Below, piece after piece: positions 54,419 through 64,000 of a DNA stretch of 64,000 nt (position 1 is its first letter; each line of letters opens with the position of its first letter). The stretch covers positions 768,001 to 832,000 of the forward strand of contig CM000207.1 in NCBI GenBank assembly GCA_000002445.1, written 5' to 3'. The notes below the pieces were generated by a model that was not told the DNA's origin, did no database searches, and was given only the letters and a program-made list of their open reading frames with translations. A program made the translations under genes and the position numbers. This stretch comes from Trypanosoma brucei (taxonomy: Eukaryota).

Positions 54419-57055
54419 ATGTCGAAATCACGCGCGGTGGTGAAGTTTGGTGGCGACCAATCGAAGGAGAGGGTTTCCTTCCGAAATTTCTTTGATGTGC
54501 TGAATCAACGGCACAGCAACGTGTCCGTCTCAGGCCTGGCGGTGACCCTCTTGTTCGAGTTGCTCTCCATATCCATTTATGTGGAGGCATCTTTCTACGC
54601 CCATCCAACGTCGATATACGATTTCAACTGGAAAACCGGCCGGTTCATTACCGTAGCGATCATCAACGCTATATTCTTTTCGGAGTGGATCGTAATGCTC
54701 TGGGTAGAGGAGCAGAAGGTGAGGTATTGCCTTTCTTTGTTGTCAATCGTAAATGCCCTGACGTGCTTGCCAATGGTTATTGTGGGTATTGGTGCAATTG
54801 TCAAGCCCACATGGCAAAGCGTATGGGTGCCCCTGTTTCTCCGCGTGTGGTGGCTGCGCAAATGCATTTTAGTCCTGCTCGACTATCCGCAGGTTGCGAA
54901 GTGGATGATGGACATAAGACGCGATATCTGTCGTTTCTTGATTACCATGCTTGCCGTCCTCTCCACGTGTGTTGGTATACAGCAGTTTGTGGAGACCTTG
55001 GCTGGGAATTACATGGATCCGTTTTCGTCTCTCTACTGCATGGTCACCACTTTTGGGACGATTGGGTACGGTGACGTATCGCCGCAAACGGCACCGGGTC
55101 GGTTCCTTATGATTGGCTTTCTTGTCGTGGCCCTCAGTTATTTCCTGCCCCTGTTCCAGCGGTTGGCACAAATTGGTCGAGACCACCTGAACTATAATGA
55201 ATGTCACTCGTGTTGGGGAAGGAGGCCGCACGTCATATTCTCCGGTATTTTCACGGGGCTTGGGGCAGAAATCATATTGATGAATTTCTACGCCGGTTGG
55301 AGGAAGTACCTTGGTGTTAGAGTGGTACTTCTTTCTCCTGTCGACTTTCCTCCGGAGGTGAGGCTGTTGGCCGACATCCCTTGGCTCAGGAACCGCGTTG
55401 TACTCATGATTGGAGATTCAGCTAAGCAGGTGGATCTCATACGGGCTGACGCCGCGAACGCCGAGGCTATTTTCTTGTTCGGTGACACGGGTTCGGCAGC
55501 TTATCATGCCGATTACCAGGTGATACAACAATCACTTGCCATACGCCAGTTCGATCCCGAACTCCCTCAACATCTGTACCTTCGAAGCGAGCGACATACC
55601 CGACACGTGGCGTCCTATGCTGCCAGTGTAGTGGAGGTTGAGAGACTGTTGCATCACTTGTTGGGGCTCGGTGCTGCGGTCCCCGGGGCTGTACCCTTAA
55701 TAATGAACCTTCTCCGAACGTACGAACCACTCAAAGTGAAGGGTACAGCTTCACGTCCGTGGATAGAGGAATATGAGTGGTCGCTGCAAAATGATATCCA
55801 CTGTTTGGAGATGCAGCAAACGTTCAGAGGTTATAGTTTCCACAGTTTGGCAAGGCTGCTCCTCCAGCACAACGTCACGCCCATAGGCATTATCGATGAA
55901 AACGGCGAGGTGCAACTCAACCCGCATAGGATATCCTCTTCTGCAGTCAAACTTGTTGTAGTTGCCAAAGCCCTTCGGTCCGCCAGGAGTGCACTGGAGG
56001 CTGCGGAGGAAGCGCACTCTCAGACCTCATTTGGAGAACATACGGGTGAGGTGGAGGGAAAAGAACCATGCATCTACGGAATGGACCGCGAGGCGGCTGC
56101 CGGCGCATACTACACCTCCGATTTTCCCGGTCGGGAGGCCAAAAGTGGAGTTGAGGCGCTGCAGCTTGTGGATGATGCCTACGACTTCGAGAATCATTTT
56201 GTGGTTATCGACCTCTCGATGGCAAAAGCGAAGGCACCAGAAACAGAGGGGGCGCGAGAGGGATCCCTCAGCTCAGCTGCCATGGATGTCTTCCATGTGA
56301 TGCGTTCCATCCGGCAGTCGTATCCACAAAACGATATTGTCTTGCTAACGAAAGACACCTCCTTCTCCGCCTACTTTGGGCGCTATTGGAATTCGGTCCC
56401 GGGTGCCATTCCAGTGAAATATATCGATGGCTGCGGATTGAACGCAAACGACCTCAGACGTTGTAACCTCAAGCGCAGCGCAGGTATCATCATTTTTTTT
56501 TCTGGGGACATTGGGGGTGCCTCTACTGGTGGACTCTCCCTTTTGGTCTTTCTTTCGGTTGCGTCCATTCTTCCTTCGTCGCATAACATACCCGTTGTGG
56601 TGGAACTGGACAGCACGCAGTATCTCTCCCTCTTTCCACCATATGCCGACGACCCGTATCTGTGCAGCAGGGCCGAATCTGATTTTGTATTTGAACCCAA
56701 CTATGTTATCGGCAACGCCTTAAGTAGGCATATGTTTTTCCCATCTGTACACCGTACTTATTTTATGGACGAATTCGTTGACATTATTGACATGATGGTT
56801 AGTGGTGTGGATGAAAGGACGCCGTCACTCGGTCGGCTCCCGTTGCTCTTCACCACTGACTCGTTACACATTTATCAGGACGTAGTTGAATACTGCCTCA
56901 AACTCTGTTATCTACCGATTGGTTTGCACCGTTGCATCTCGGACCCGGAAACCCCGTATATCAACGGCCAACGTTTTGTGCTCACAAACCCACCGGGGGA
57001 TTTGATTGTTGATCAGAAATGCGATGCCGTTTTCTACCTTCTACCGGCTAGTTGA
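54419..57055 (+). CDS. K+ channel subunit of Slo/BK type with RCK domains (kinetoplastid Ca2+-activated K+ channel family)
   Basis: ATG start, 878 aa. The pore helix and selectivity filter read 'MVTTFGTIGYGDVSPQTAPGRFLMIGF'. Multiple hydrophobic TM segments lie N-terminal to the filter. The RCK/TrkA-N-like region begins 'HVIFSGIFTGLGAEIILMNF...VVLMIGDSAKQVDLIRA'. Confidence 0.85.
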   Translation: MSKSRAVVKFGGDQSKERVSFRNFFDVLNQRHSNVSVSGLAVTLLFELLSISIYVEASFYAHPTSIYDFNWKTGRFITVAIINAIFFSEWIVMLWVEEQKVRYCLSLLSIVNALTCLPMVIVGIGAIVKPTWQSVWVPLFLRVWWLRKCILVLLDYPQVAKWMMDIRRDICRFLITMLAVLSTCVGIQQFVETLAGNYMDPFSSLYCMVTTFGTIGYGDVSPQTAPGRFLMIGFLVVALSYFLPLFQRLAQIGRDHLNYNECHSCWGRRPHVIFSGIFTGLGAEIILMNFYAGWRKYLGVRVVLLSPVDFPPEVRLLADIPWLRNRVVLMIGDSAKQVDLIRADAANAEAIFLFGDTGSAAYHADYQVIQQSLAIRQFDPELPQHLYLRSERHTRHVASYAASVVEVERLLHHLLGLGAAVPGAVPLIMNLLRTYEPLKVKGTASRPWIEEYEWSLQNDIHCLEMQQTFRGYSFHSLARLLLQHNVTPIGIIDENGEVQLNPHRISSSAVKLVVVAKALRSARSALEAAEEAHSQTSFGEHTGEVEGKEPCIYGMDREAAAGAYYTSDFPGREAKSGVEALQLVDDAYDFENHFVVIDLSMAKAKAPETEGAREGSLSSAAMDVFHVMRSIRQSYPQNDIVLLTKDTSFSAYFGRYWNSVPGAIPVKYIDGCGLNANDLRRCNLKRSAGIIIFFSGDIGGASTGGLSLLVFLSVASILPSSHNIPVVVELDSTQYLSLFPPYADDPYLCSRAESDFVFEPNYVIGNALSRHMFFPSVHRTYFMDEFVDIIDMMVSGVDERTPSLGRLPLLFTTDSLHIYQDVVEYCLKLCYLPIGLHRCISDPETPYINGQRFVLTNPPGDLIVDQKCDAVFYLLPAS

Positions 57056-59894
57056 TGCTGCCATGATGTTGTCTTCTTTTTTTTTTCCTTCTGGCTGACA
57101 CCGACGATGTGCAAGTGGGCACTTTGACGGTTGTGGTCGCTCGACTCGCCCTTGTGCGCCGCACACTAAAGATAACAATAATAACAATAACGTTAAAAAT
57201 AAATCCTAGGAAGCTTTACCACATCTATCACCACCACCACCCTCCCCGGTGGGCCTTTTTTCCCCCTTTTCTGGTGCCCCTCCCCCCCCCCCCTCCACAC
57301 ACACACACACACACACACATTAGGTCTTTTGAAAATAAGGGAACGGCATGTGCGGTTTTGACCCCTTTGGAGCAGCGGTGAATGGAGCAAACGAGCAACC
57401 CCACGCCATGCGGAGCAACAAAGAGAGACGTATCGCCTACACATGAAGCGGCTAGCGGGGATGAGGGTTGGAAAACGAATCGGGAGGAAACGGCCTTTTT
57501 GCCGGCGAAATAAAAATGGTGTCGGCGAGCGAGTAGGTACGGCAACGCGGGCCTTCAAGGCGGACACTTTCTTGATGAAGCGGATCGGCAACTTCCTTTC
57601 GGGGATGTAAGGCGTAACGCGGTTGTGCGAAACCCCGCGGGGGCCAATGTCAAGCACCATTTTTTTTTTTTTTTTTGCAACGACGGTAAACGGGTAGAGA
57701 AAGAAAAATAGTAACAGACAGGGCCTCAAGCACTATTTTCCCCCCTTTTACATATGGCAAGTCTATTTATATATGATGGGGGCCACAACGTAACCGTGAC
57801 AACGGGGAAGAAATCATCGTGAAGCTGAGCACCCCACTGCAACGGGTGCCGGATCGTGCAACGAAGTGGTTAAAGAGACATTTTATGGAAATCTGAACAA
57901 AAAAGGTGGAGCGCCACATTGTTGTTTAGTGATTGCATTTCGGGCCCGCTGCACCCAGCTGCTGCTGGAAGGGAAATGGGTTCGGGCCACGGCCCAAGCA
58001 CCGCGCAGACGCTCATTGTTTGGATGGAAAGGACGTTTTCATGAAGGAAATAGGGGTTAGGCACTGGAATTTGAGAGAGGTTGTAGGAGAAAGAGAGAAC
58101 TGGTTGGGTGAAAGCGGTTATAAGACGGGGAGAGGCGGTATACTTATTGAGACGTGCGGATGTTGAAGGGGGAAAAAAAGAAGGGGATATGCTTCAGGAA
58201 ATCTATGTGGTTTACGCGTCAATCTCTACACGAACGTGTGGGAGATGACGGGGGTCCGTATGGCTAGACGCCACAGAAAGGGGGACCGGACCCTCACAGA
58301 AACCGAAATCCAGTAGTCAAAAGCGCTGCGACATCTGAGCGGCAGTAGTTAGAGGGAACCGCGTCGCACAATAGCACCGGCTCGCACCGCATTTGAATCC
58401 ACAGCTCCCCCCTCCACTCCCTCCCCATGCTTTCCAGGAACCGTGGGTACGTGGTAATTCCCGAAAAATAATCGGTCAACCGCCCCATATTATGAAGTAG
58501 GCCCAGCTAAGGCATGGGGAATCCCCATGCACGCACAGAGGCGAAGGTTTTTTTCCTTTTTTATGAAGCATATTAGGTCAAACTCTCCACCGTCGCTTGC
58601 CGCCTGCGCCATGACGCTTTAACAGTGTGCAGTAGCAGGTGACGGCAAAAATGCGAACCTCGCACCTATACCAAAGTTCCAGAAGACGATTAAAAAAAGA
58701 AAAACAATATGTGAAATCCTTTTCCCGGATCAACACCCCAAACAGGGACCATCCGCCTACATCAGCAAAAGAATAAGTAATCCCTCTCTCTTTTTGGAAA
58801 TGCGCCTTCCCCGAGTGTCGACACCTGTGGTGTTGCCGTGTCACTTGGAGGGGGTTTCAAGTACAGACTGGGTTCGATACGTCGCGGATCGCAATGGAAT
58901 AATAGATGTTGTTCCCCTTAGTGTTTTGTGAGATGCAATGCGACCCGCAACCCAATAGCGGCATAAGCAATGGAATCAAAACAAATAAAACAAATGCCAA
59001 TACTAACAAAGACTCTTCTTTCCACGATGTTTCCACGGAGTGGTAAAGGAGGCTCTCCTCCGCGTGCCGATGGACGATGGAATGGGCGGACAAAGGGTGT
59101 AACAAGTAATAGCCCCAGTATGTCTAACCAACGCCCTGAACCGTCAGAGGCCCACACTTCGTCAACCTGTTCCCCAGCCTTTCTTCAGGCGCCTGCCGTG
59201 TTCGTACTTGAAATGGCGGGCTTTCGGTGTACTTCTCCTGAGGTCAAATTCACGGCCCATTCCACGGGAATATCGGAAAGGAAAGAGAGGCTTCAGTGTC
59301 CTAACCTCCGCCAAAAAACCGCCAACTACGTGCGGTAAAATCGACGCGGCGGGGGTATCACGGTATCCAGTGATTACGGATCGTCGCGTCATCCATCCAG
59401 AGAGAACCATCCCAAACAGGTTGCCGACCGCAGCTGCCCTTTATTTCCTTCGTCTGCTGCTGGCAGTAGTGCGCAATGAAATCGAGCTCAAGAAGCCAAC
59501 GCGTACCCTAAGAAGAAGGGTGAGGTGCCTTAGCGGTTTCCATCCTTCAGGGGCCGCACAAATACGCAGCCTCTTGGCGGAGCTGTTGAACGAAGCAGCG
59601 GAGGGCGGTGCCCGAAATAGACAAATTGGGACACCCGGTGTGTGCAGCCCAATAAGTGCGTTTATCGGTCGCATAGCGGGTACCTCAGCTACGACTAACT
59701 CCGCATACAAGATCTTTTCCGCGTCTGTGTATAAGAAAGAAAAGAAAGAAAAACCGCATCAAGGGCCAACGGAGGGGAAACACACACATCCATCCGAAGA
59801 GACGGTGAACAACAACGGTGGATCACATATTTTCCCTATGTGACAAGTGGTGCACTCAGCGCTCCTAACCGAAAAAGCATCAGAAGAATAGCTA
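57056..59894. promoter_or_regulatory. convergent strand-switch region (end of + strand PTU meets − strand gene; putative Pol II termination zone)
   Basis: The last + strand gene ends at 57055 and the − strand LRR gene ends at 59895. No convincing ORF lies in between. Composition is GC-rich and strand-balanced, unlike the flanking UTR-type sequence. Confidence 0.6.
57277..57319. repeat. C-run (cccctccccccccccccc) followed by (CA)12
   Basis: Direct reading; lies inside the strand-switch region. Confidence 0.9.
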
Positions 59895-61367
59895 TCATCG
59901 AAGCAGATTCACTCCCCTCGCCTGGAGCTCCGATAAGACTTCACTGTCAATTTTGACACCCCTCAAGTTCACGGAACGCAACCGTGGCAAAGTCGTAAGC
60001 GCTTCCACACCCTTTTCCACTGACAGGCAAGAGTTGAGGCTAATTTCCTCCAAGGTCTTCACTGCAGCGAGGCAAGATACATCGGTAATGTCCATGCACG
60101 TATCGAGGCAAAGCACCACCAAACTGCGGCTTGCGCTCAAATCCCGCAGAGAGTCGTCTGTGATGGGCAAACACGTTCCATCTAGTCTACGGAGTTCAGG
60201 AAGCTGAGAAATATTGCCAATACCCTGTTTCACCTCTGTGCACGCGTCAAGATTTAACTCCCCTAGCGTTTTGAGGCTTACGAGTGCTGATAAATCCGTT
60301 AGATTATCGCAGGAAGAAATATCAAGTCTTACAAGACTCCGACTTGAGCACAAGTCTCGCAGAGCACAATCGGTAATGGGTGTGCAGCTCAAATCAAGTT
60401 CGTAGAGTCCTGGCAACTTACCCAGGTCACCAATACCTGCCACCACAGCCTCGCACGACTGGAGATTAAGGTACTTCAAGGTCTTCAGCTCCGCGAGGGG
60501 CGAGACGTCAGTTAGCTGGTCGCACCAGGAAAGGTTAAGTTTTACCAAACTCCGGCTTGAAGAAAGACCCTGCAAAAAAACGTCCACAATGGAGGAATAA
60601 CTTAGATCAAGTTCATATAGCGCTGGCAAACCACCCAGCTTCCCAACACCTTCCTCCAGAGATGTGCATGACTCAAGAGTAAGCTGTCTCAGAACCTGAA
60701 CATCAGCGATGTGCAGCACATCCGTTAGACAACCACACGAAACTATACAGAGATTCAAAAGACTGGTGGTGGCGCCTAGGCCACGAAGAGAGTTGCCCCT
60801 CATCGACGTGCCTATCAAATACAGCTCGCGAAGTGCCGGCAACTTTCCAAGACTACCGATACCCGTCTCAATACCCACACACTTACATATTGCCAGATGC
60901 TCCAATGCTGTCATCTCAGCAAGAGGTGAAACATCCTTCAAATAGGGACACGAATCAAGGCAGAGTTTTACGAGGTTGCACCCAGCGGTTAGGGTCTGCA
61001 AGCATCCTCCCCTAATTGGGGCCTCAGCAACTTCCAGTGCTTTCAGTTGGGGAAGATTTTTAATGCCAACGAAGTTTTCCAGCTTCGGTGCTTCTTCAAT
61101 AGACAACTCGCCTAGCGACCTCAGTTCGGGAATAGGGCTTAAGTCAGCGAAAGGGTATTCGCCCTCGAAGCGCAGTGTCTGAATGGAAGTGCACAAGCGG
61201 AGAGAACGCAAAGATTCCCTTTCAACTTTTTCCGTGAGGATGAGGTGATGGCAGCTACGCAGCTCATCACTCCCAGTGGCTCGTAGACTGCCAACACGCA
61301 ACCGGTTCGTTTCTCCACAACAAGGGCGAACATCTCCCCCAACACTCGCATCACTTCCTTCAAGCAT
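59895..61367 (-). CDS. leucine-rich repeat protein (kinetoplastid LRRP/ESAG8-like LRR family)
   Basis: The only long ORF on the − strand, 490 aa, ATG start. Built from repeated ~24-residue LRR units, for example 'LDLSCTPITDCALRDLCSSRSLVRLDISSCDNLTDLSALVSLKTL'. The − strand is GT-rich upstream of the gene (61.4-64 kb), consistent with − strand transcription. Confidence 0.85.
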   Translation of the reverse strand: MLEGSDASVGGDVRPCCGETNRLRVGSLRATGSDELRSCHHLILTEKVERESLRSLRLCTSIQTLRFEGEYPFADLSPIPELRSLGELSIEEAPKLENFVGIKNLPQLKALEVAEAPIRGGCLQTLTAGCNLVKLCLDSCPYLKDVSPLAEMTALEHLAICKCVGIETGIGSLGKLPALRELYLIGTSMRGNSLRGLGATTSLLNLCIVSCGCLTDVLHIADVQVLRQLTLESCTSLEEGVGKLGGLPALYELDLSYSSIVDVFLQGLSSSRSLVKLNLSWCDQLTDVSPLAELKTLKYLNLQSCEAVVAGIGDLGKLPGLYELDLSCTPITDCALRDLCSSRSLVRLDISSCDNLTDLSALVSLKTLGELNLDACTEVKQGIGNISQLPELRRLDGTCLPITDDSLRDLSASRSLVVLCLDTCMDITDVSCLAAVKTLEEISLNSCLSVEKGVEALTTLPRLRSVNLRGVKIDSEVLSELQARGVNLLR

Positions 61368-64000
61368 TGCAGACTCCCTACCACTGATGTAGACAACTTT
61401 ACTAGAGATAACTACGGAACAGATACAAGTTACGAACCTTTGGTGCCTCCTCCTCCGCTGTCGCGGTGTCTACTGAAGCAACAAGCTTCCTCTAAGGGTG
61501 GTAACGACCTCCCCAATAAATTTGCGATTAATCAGAAGTAGTCTTCCAACGTGCGCAGGTGAAAATGCATAGATACATAAATAAATACCAGGATCATTAT
61601 TATTATTTTTTTAAATGAAAGAAGGTGGCAACCAAAAGGGAAAGCGCGCTTTTGAACTCATTCATCCGACGTGACGGAAAAAGTTTTCGCACCACGTGCA
61701 AGGTTTCAACAAACACCGGTATACACCAACGCTCTTCCGGAGAAAATGTTGCTGGAGGCTGACGAAAAAGGCCCCCAAATAATGAAGATCACGGTTCATA
61801 AGCCGCACAAACTAACTGACAGGACAATGAAAATGCTCCCAAAGTATTTGTGAAAGTAAGGCAATCCCCACGCGCTACAGCAACTGTCCTCCGCACATTT
61901 CACTCGGTGTTTCACCGAAACGAGGACGACACACACATACACACACACACACGTCTACCCAGCCACTAAAAGCACATCAATCCTCAAAGGAGGAAAAAAA
62001 AAAACGGACAGAAGCTTGGCTGTAGTGTTTCGTTTAGCCCCTCATGTCAAAACAAAAGCTCTTTAAATACTTTAGTTACCTTTCCACTGGAATAACAGAG
62101 TTCCTTCTTCCACACTCAAATACACCAACGAGCTCCTTCACGCACCCTCGGGGTTACCGCGGCTCACCTCTTCTGCATTATGTTCGGCTCATATTGATCA
62201 TTCATTTAACCGGTCATACAATTTAAAATTTTCCCACAACGTAAATTAATCGAAAAAAAAATGAATACACACGAAAATACCAAACGCTCAACCAATAAAA
62301 GCTTGGAACCACCTGTACCACCAAGTCATGGGATACACGTGTCAGGAAAAAAATAATTCGGTAGGTGCAGATTGTACGTATGGATGCAACCAACAAACCA
62401 ACACACTGCAACCGCAACTGCCCGTGGGCCAGTATGAAAGCAACGGTATTTTGAACAGCCCTGCTTTCGTATTAATCAAATCTAAGTGAAGAGAACAACA
62501 ACAAAATATAAACGTGAATATACATTTCCACGAAGGGGTGCGTGCCCTTCCTGGCAGCGCCTGGGGTAAACCAGATATAACGTACTGAGTCGTCGATCAA
62601 AAGATTCCCAGGCGGCTGAATGTAGGCGGTGACAATGCTACAGCATACGCTAACCAGACCCCAGCTTTCTGTAGTGCCAACTGCAGTGCGTTGGGACATC
62701 TTCAATCCTCCTGTTACATGAAAAATGAAGGCAAGCTCGTTAAAACGTTGTTAATTACAACGAAAGGTGATGCCATAAAATACACACGAAACAAAAATGC
62801 ATTGATTTCAATACAATCGGCGCTGATAAAATTAGAAAACCTTAAGCTGCAACCGCACTACACTTCTTCATGGAAGCATAACGACGCACGCAAACGCATC
62901 CGATGATGCCCATTGGCGGTTTTCTCGACTGGGTAAAATCAGATGTGAACAATCGTTGCTACAATACTAGTGCCTTTTTACTTTCCATCTTACTCGTGCG
63001 CCAAGTTCATCACCAGGGCGGCAACAACGCTTCAAAAACCCACACATAGCGACCATATCGCAGTGATATATACTAAATTAATGTGGATACTCAAGGCTCA
63101 ACAAAGCGCAGGAAAGATACTGTGCGTTAACATTATTTTTTCTCACACACAAACAGATTTAACACTCTACATGGATACCCGGTCACGGAATAGAAGCTCT
63201 GCTATGTAGAACGACCCTCTACCCCAAGAAGTCTGGTGGTCCTGTTGAGGCATCACCGTCAACGAGGACGTACCTGCTAGGGCTGGGTAAAACTTCCGTA
63301 AGGCTCCAAACATGGCATTTACATATGAATGCACAGCAATGCATGCACAATATGTATGAGCCAAGGAAAAAACAACACGAAATAAAAGCGCCTGCTCAAC
63401 CTCACAACTGCAAGGGCTTAAATCACTCTTCTGGGGCAACGAACTTAACTGAACAACCCAACAAGTTGGTATTCAATTACCCAAAACGGGGGTCCGCCAA
63501 TGACTCAGAAGGAAAGGGATACGATGGTACGGAGCTGCTGTACGTTACATGGTTTCATTCTGGCACAGACCATGCAGATACCCTTAAGCACTTAGGAAAA
63601 AAAGATGTTTTTCATGTATCGTATCGGTATAGCACTTTAAAACGACGCACAAGTAATACGCCTTCATCAAGTCGGTCCACGCAGCTTAAAAGCCCAAGGG
63701 CTGAGTAGACGTAGCGCGCGCTAACTTCAACTTTAGTCCTCGTATACGGACGTGGGCGTCACTAAACGCAAGCACCCCCAACTTTCCCCTTTACACAAGA
63801 GATGTGGCACGACCACAGCGACACCCCCCAGTTATCTCCCCCTTTTTTCTTTGAATGGAGGTCCAAAAAGGCAACCCCCCGACTTCCTGCCCCATTTTCC
63901 CGTTCTGCAGAAGGCAGCAAGGATGAAGTGAAACATCAGGGAAGAACGCTCAGCCCCAGACTCTATCAGAAAACGAAACGGAAAGCCGCCCAACGACGAC

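Noticed and set aside
58855-58875. tRNA B-box-like motif 'gggttcgatacg' in the strand-switch region.
   Set aside because: Flanks cannot be folded into a T-arm or cloverleaf, and no A-box sits at the right spacing. It matches only 9 of 11 B-box positions.
59208-59843. 211-aa + strand ORF inside the strand-switch region, immediately abutting the − strand LRR gene.
   Set aside because: No polypyrimidine/AG context, a basic low-information sequence, and a position between convergent units. More likely chance.
63325-63708. 127-aa + strand ORF to the right of the LRR gene.
   Set aside because: This region shows − strand sense-strand composition (GT-rich on −). A lone + strand ORF there is unlikely to be expressed.
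1-64000. Retrotransposons and dispersed repeats (L1Tc/ingi/VIPER/SIRE-type) and multigene-family members (trans-sialidase, MASP, mucin, RHS, DGF-1).
   Set aside because: No ORF with reverse-transcriptase, endonuclease or RNase H motifs, no long duplicated blocks within the window, and no surface-protein family signatures. The window looks like core syntenic housekeeping sequence.
1-64000. CRISPR arrays and prokaryotic operon-type systems.
   Set aside because: Gene structure (polycistronic unidirectional arrays, polypyrimidine/AG signals, eukaryotic gene content such as eIF4A, UBA3, DDI1) is kinetoplastid nuclear DNA. No short direct-repeat/spacer arrays are present.

Overview
This window reads as nuclear DNA from a kinetoplastid, most likely a Trypanosoma species (T. 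cruzi-like by composition). All of this is read by eye from the sequence and ORF track; no search was run.

Organisation: about 19 protein-coding genes lie head-to-tail on the + strand from ~0.7 kb to ~57.1 kb, which looks like a single polycistronic transcription unit (PTU). A ~2.8 kb region without convincing ORFs follows (57.06–59.89 kb). After it comes a leucine-rich-repeat protein gene on the − strand (59895–61367). The − strand to its right is GT-rich, as expected of a transcribed strand. The window therefore ends in a convergent strand-switch region, a likely Pol II termination zone.

Genes I can recognise:
- eIF4A DEAD-box helicase
- DDI1-like protein (UBL, retropepsin and UBA domains)
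- NEDD8-activating E1 catalytic subunit (UBA3)
- ER-lumenal large Hsp70 (GRP170/Lhs1-like)
- M16 mitochondrial processing peptidase beta-like subunit
- Slo/RCK-type K+ channel subunit with a TIGYGD selectivity filter
- TBCK-like protein (pseudokinase, TBC RabGAP and inactive rhodanese domains)
- CC2D2A/MKS6-like C2-domain protein
- EF-hand protein
- CCHC-knuckle plus RRM RNA-binding protein
- several large conserved hypotheticals, one carrying an ORC2-like YGxxSK signature

Several track ORFs begin with GTG or TTG, so I re-anchored those genes to the first in-frame ATG. Intergenic regions carry polypyrimidine tracts and many (TA)n, (CA)n/(TG)n and C-run microsatellites. I found no tRNA or rRNA and no retrotransposon ORFs (no RT or endonuclease).

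Nothing here looks like a self-contained novel system in the prokaryotic sense. The points most worth a second look are:
- the strand-switch/termination region and a GC-rich segment ending in a T17 run inside it
- the non-canonical D-C-G-A active site of DDI1
- the ORC2-like hypothetical protein
- the unusually long purine-rich flank downstream of eIF4A
- two candidate small genes in long intergenic gaps
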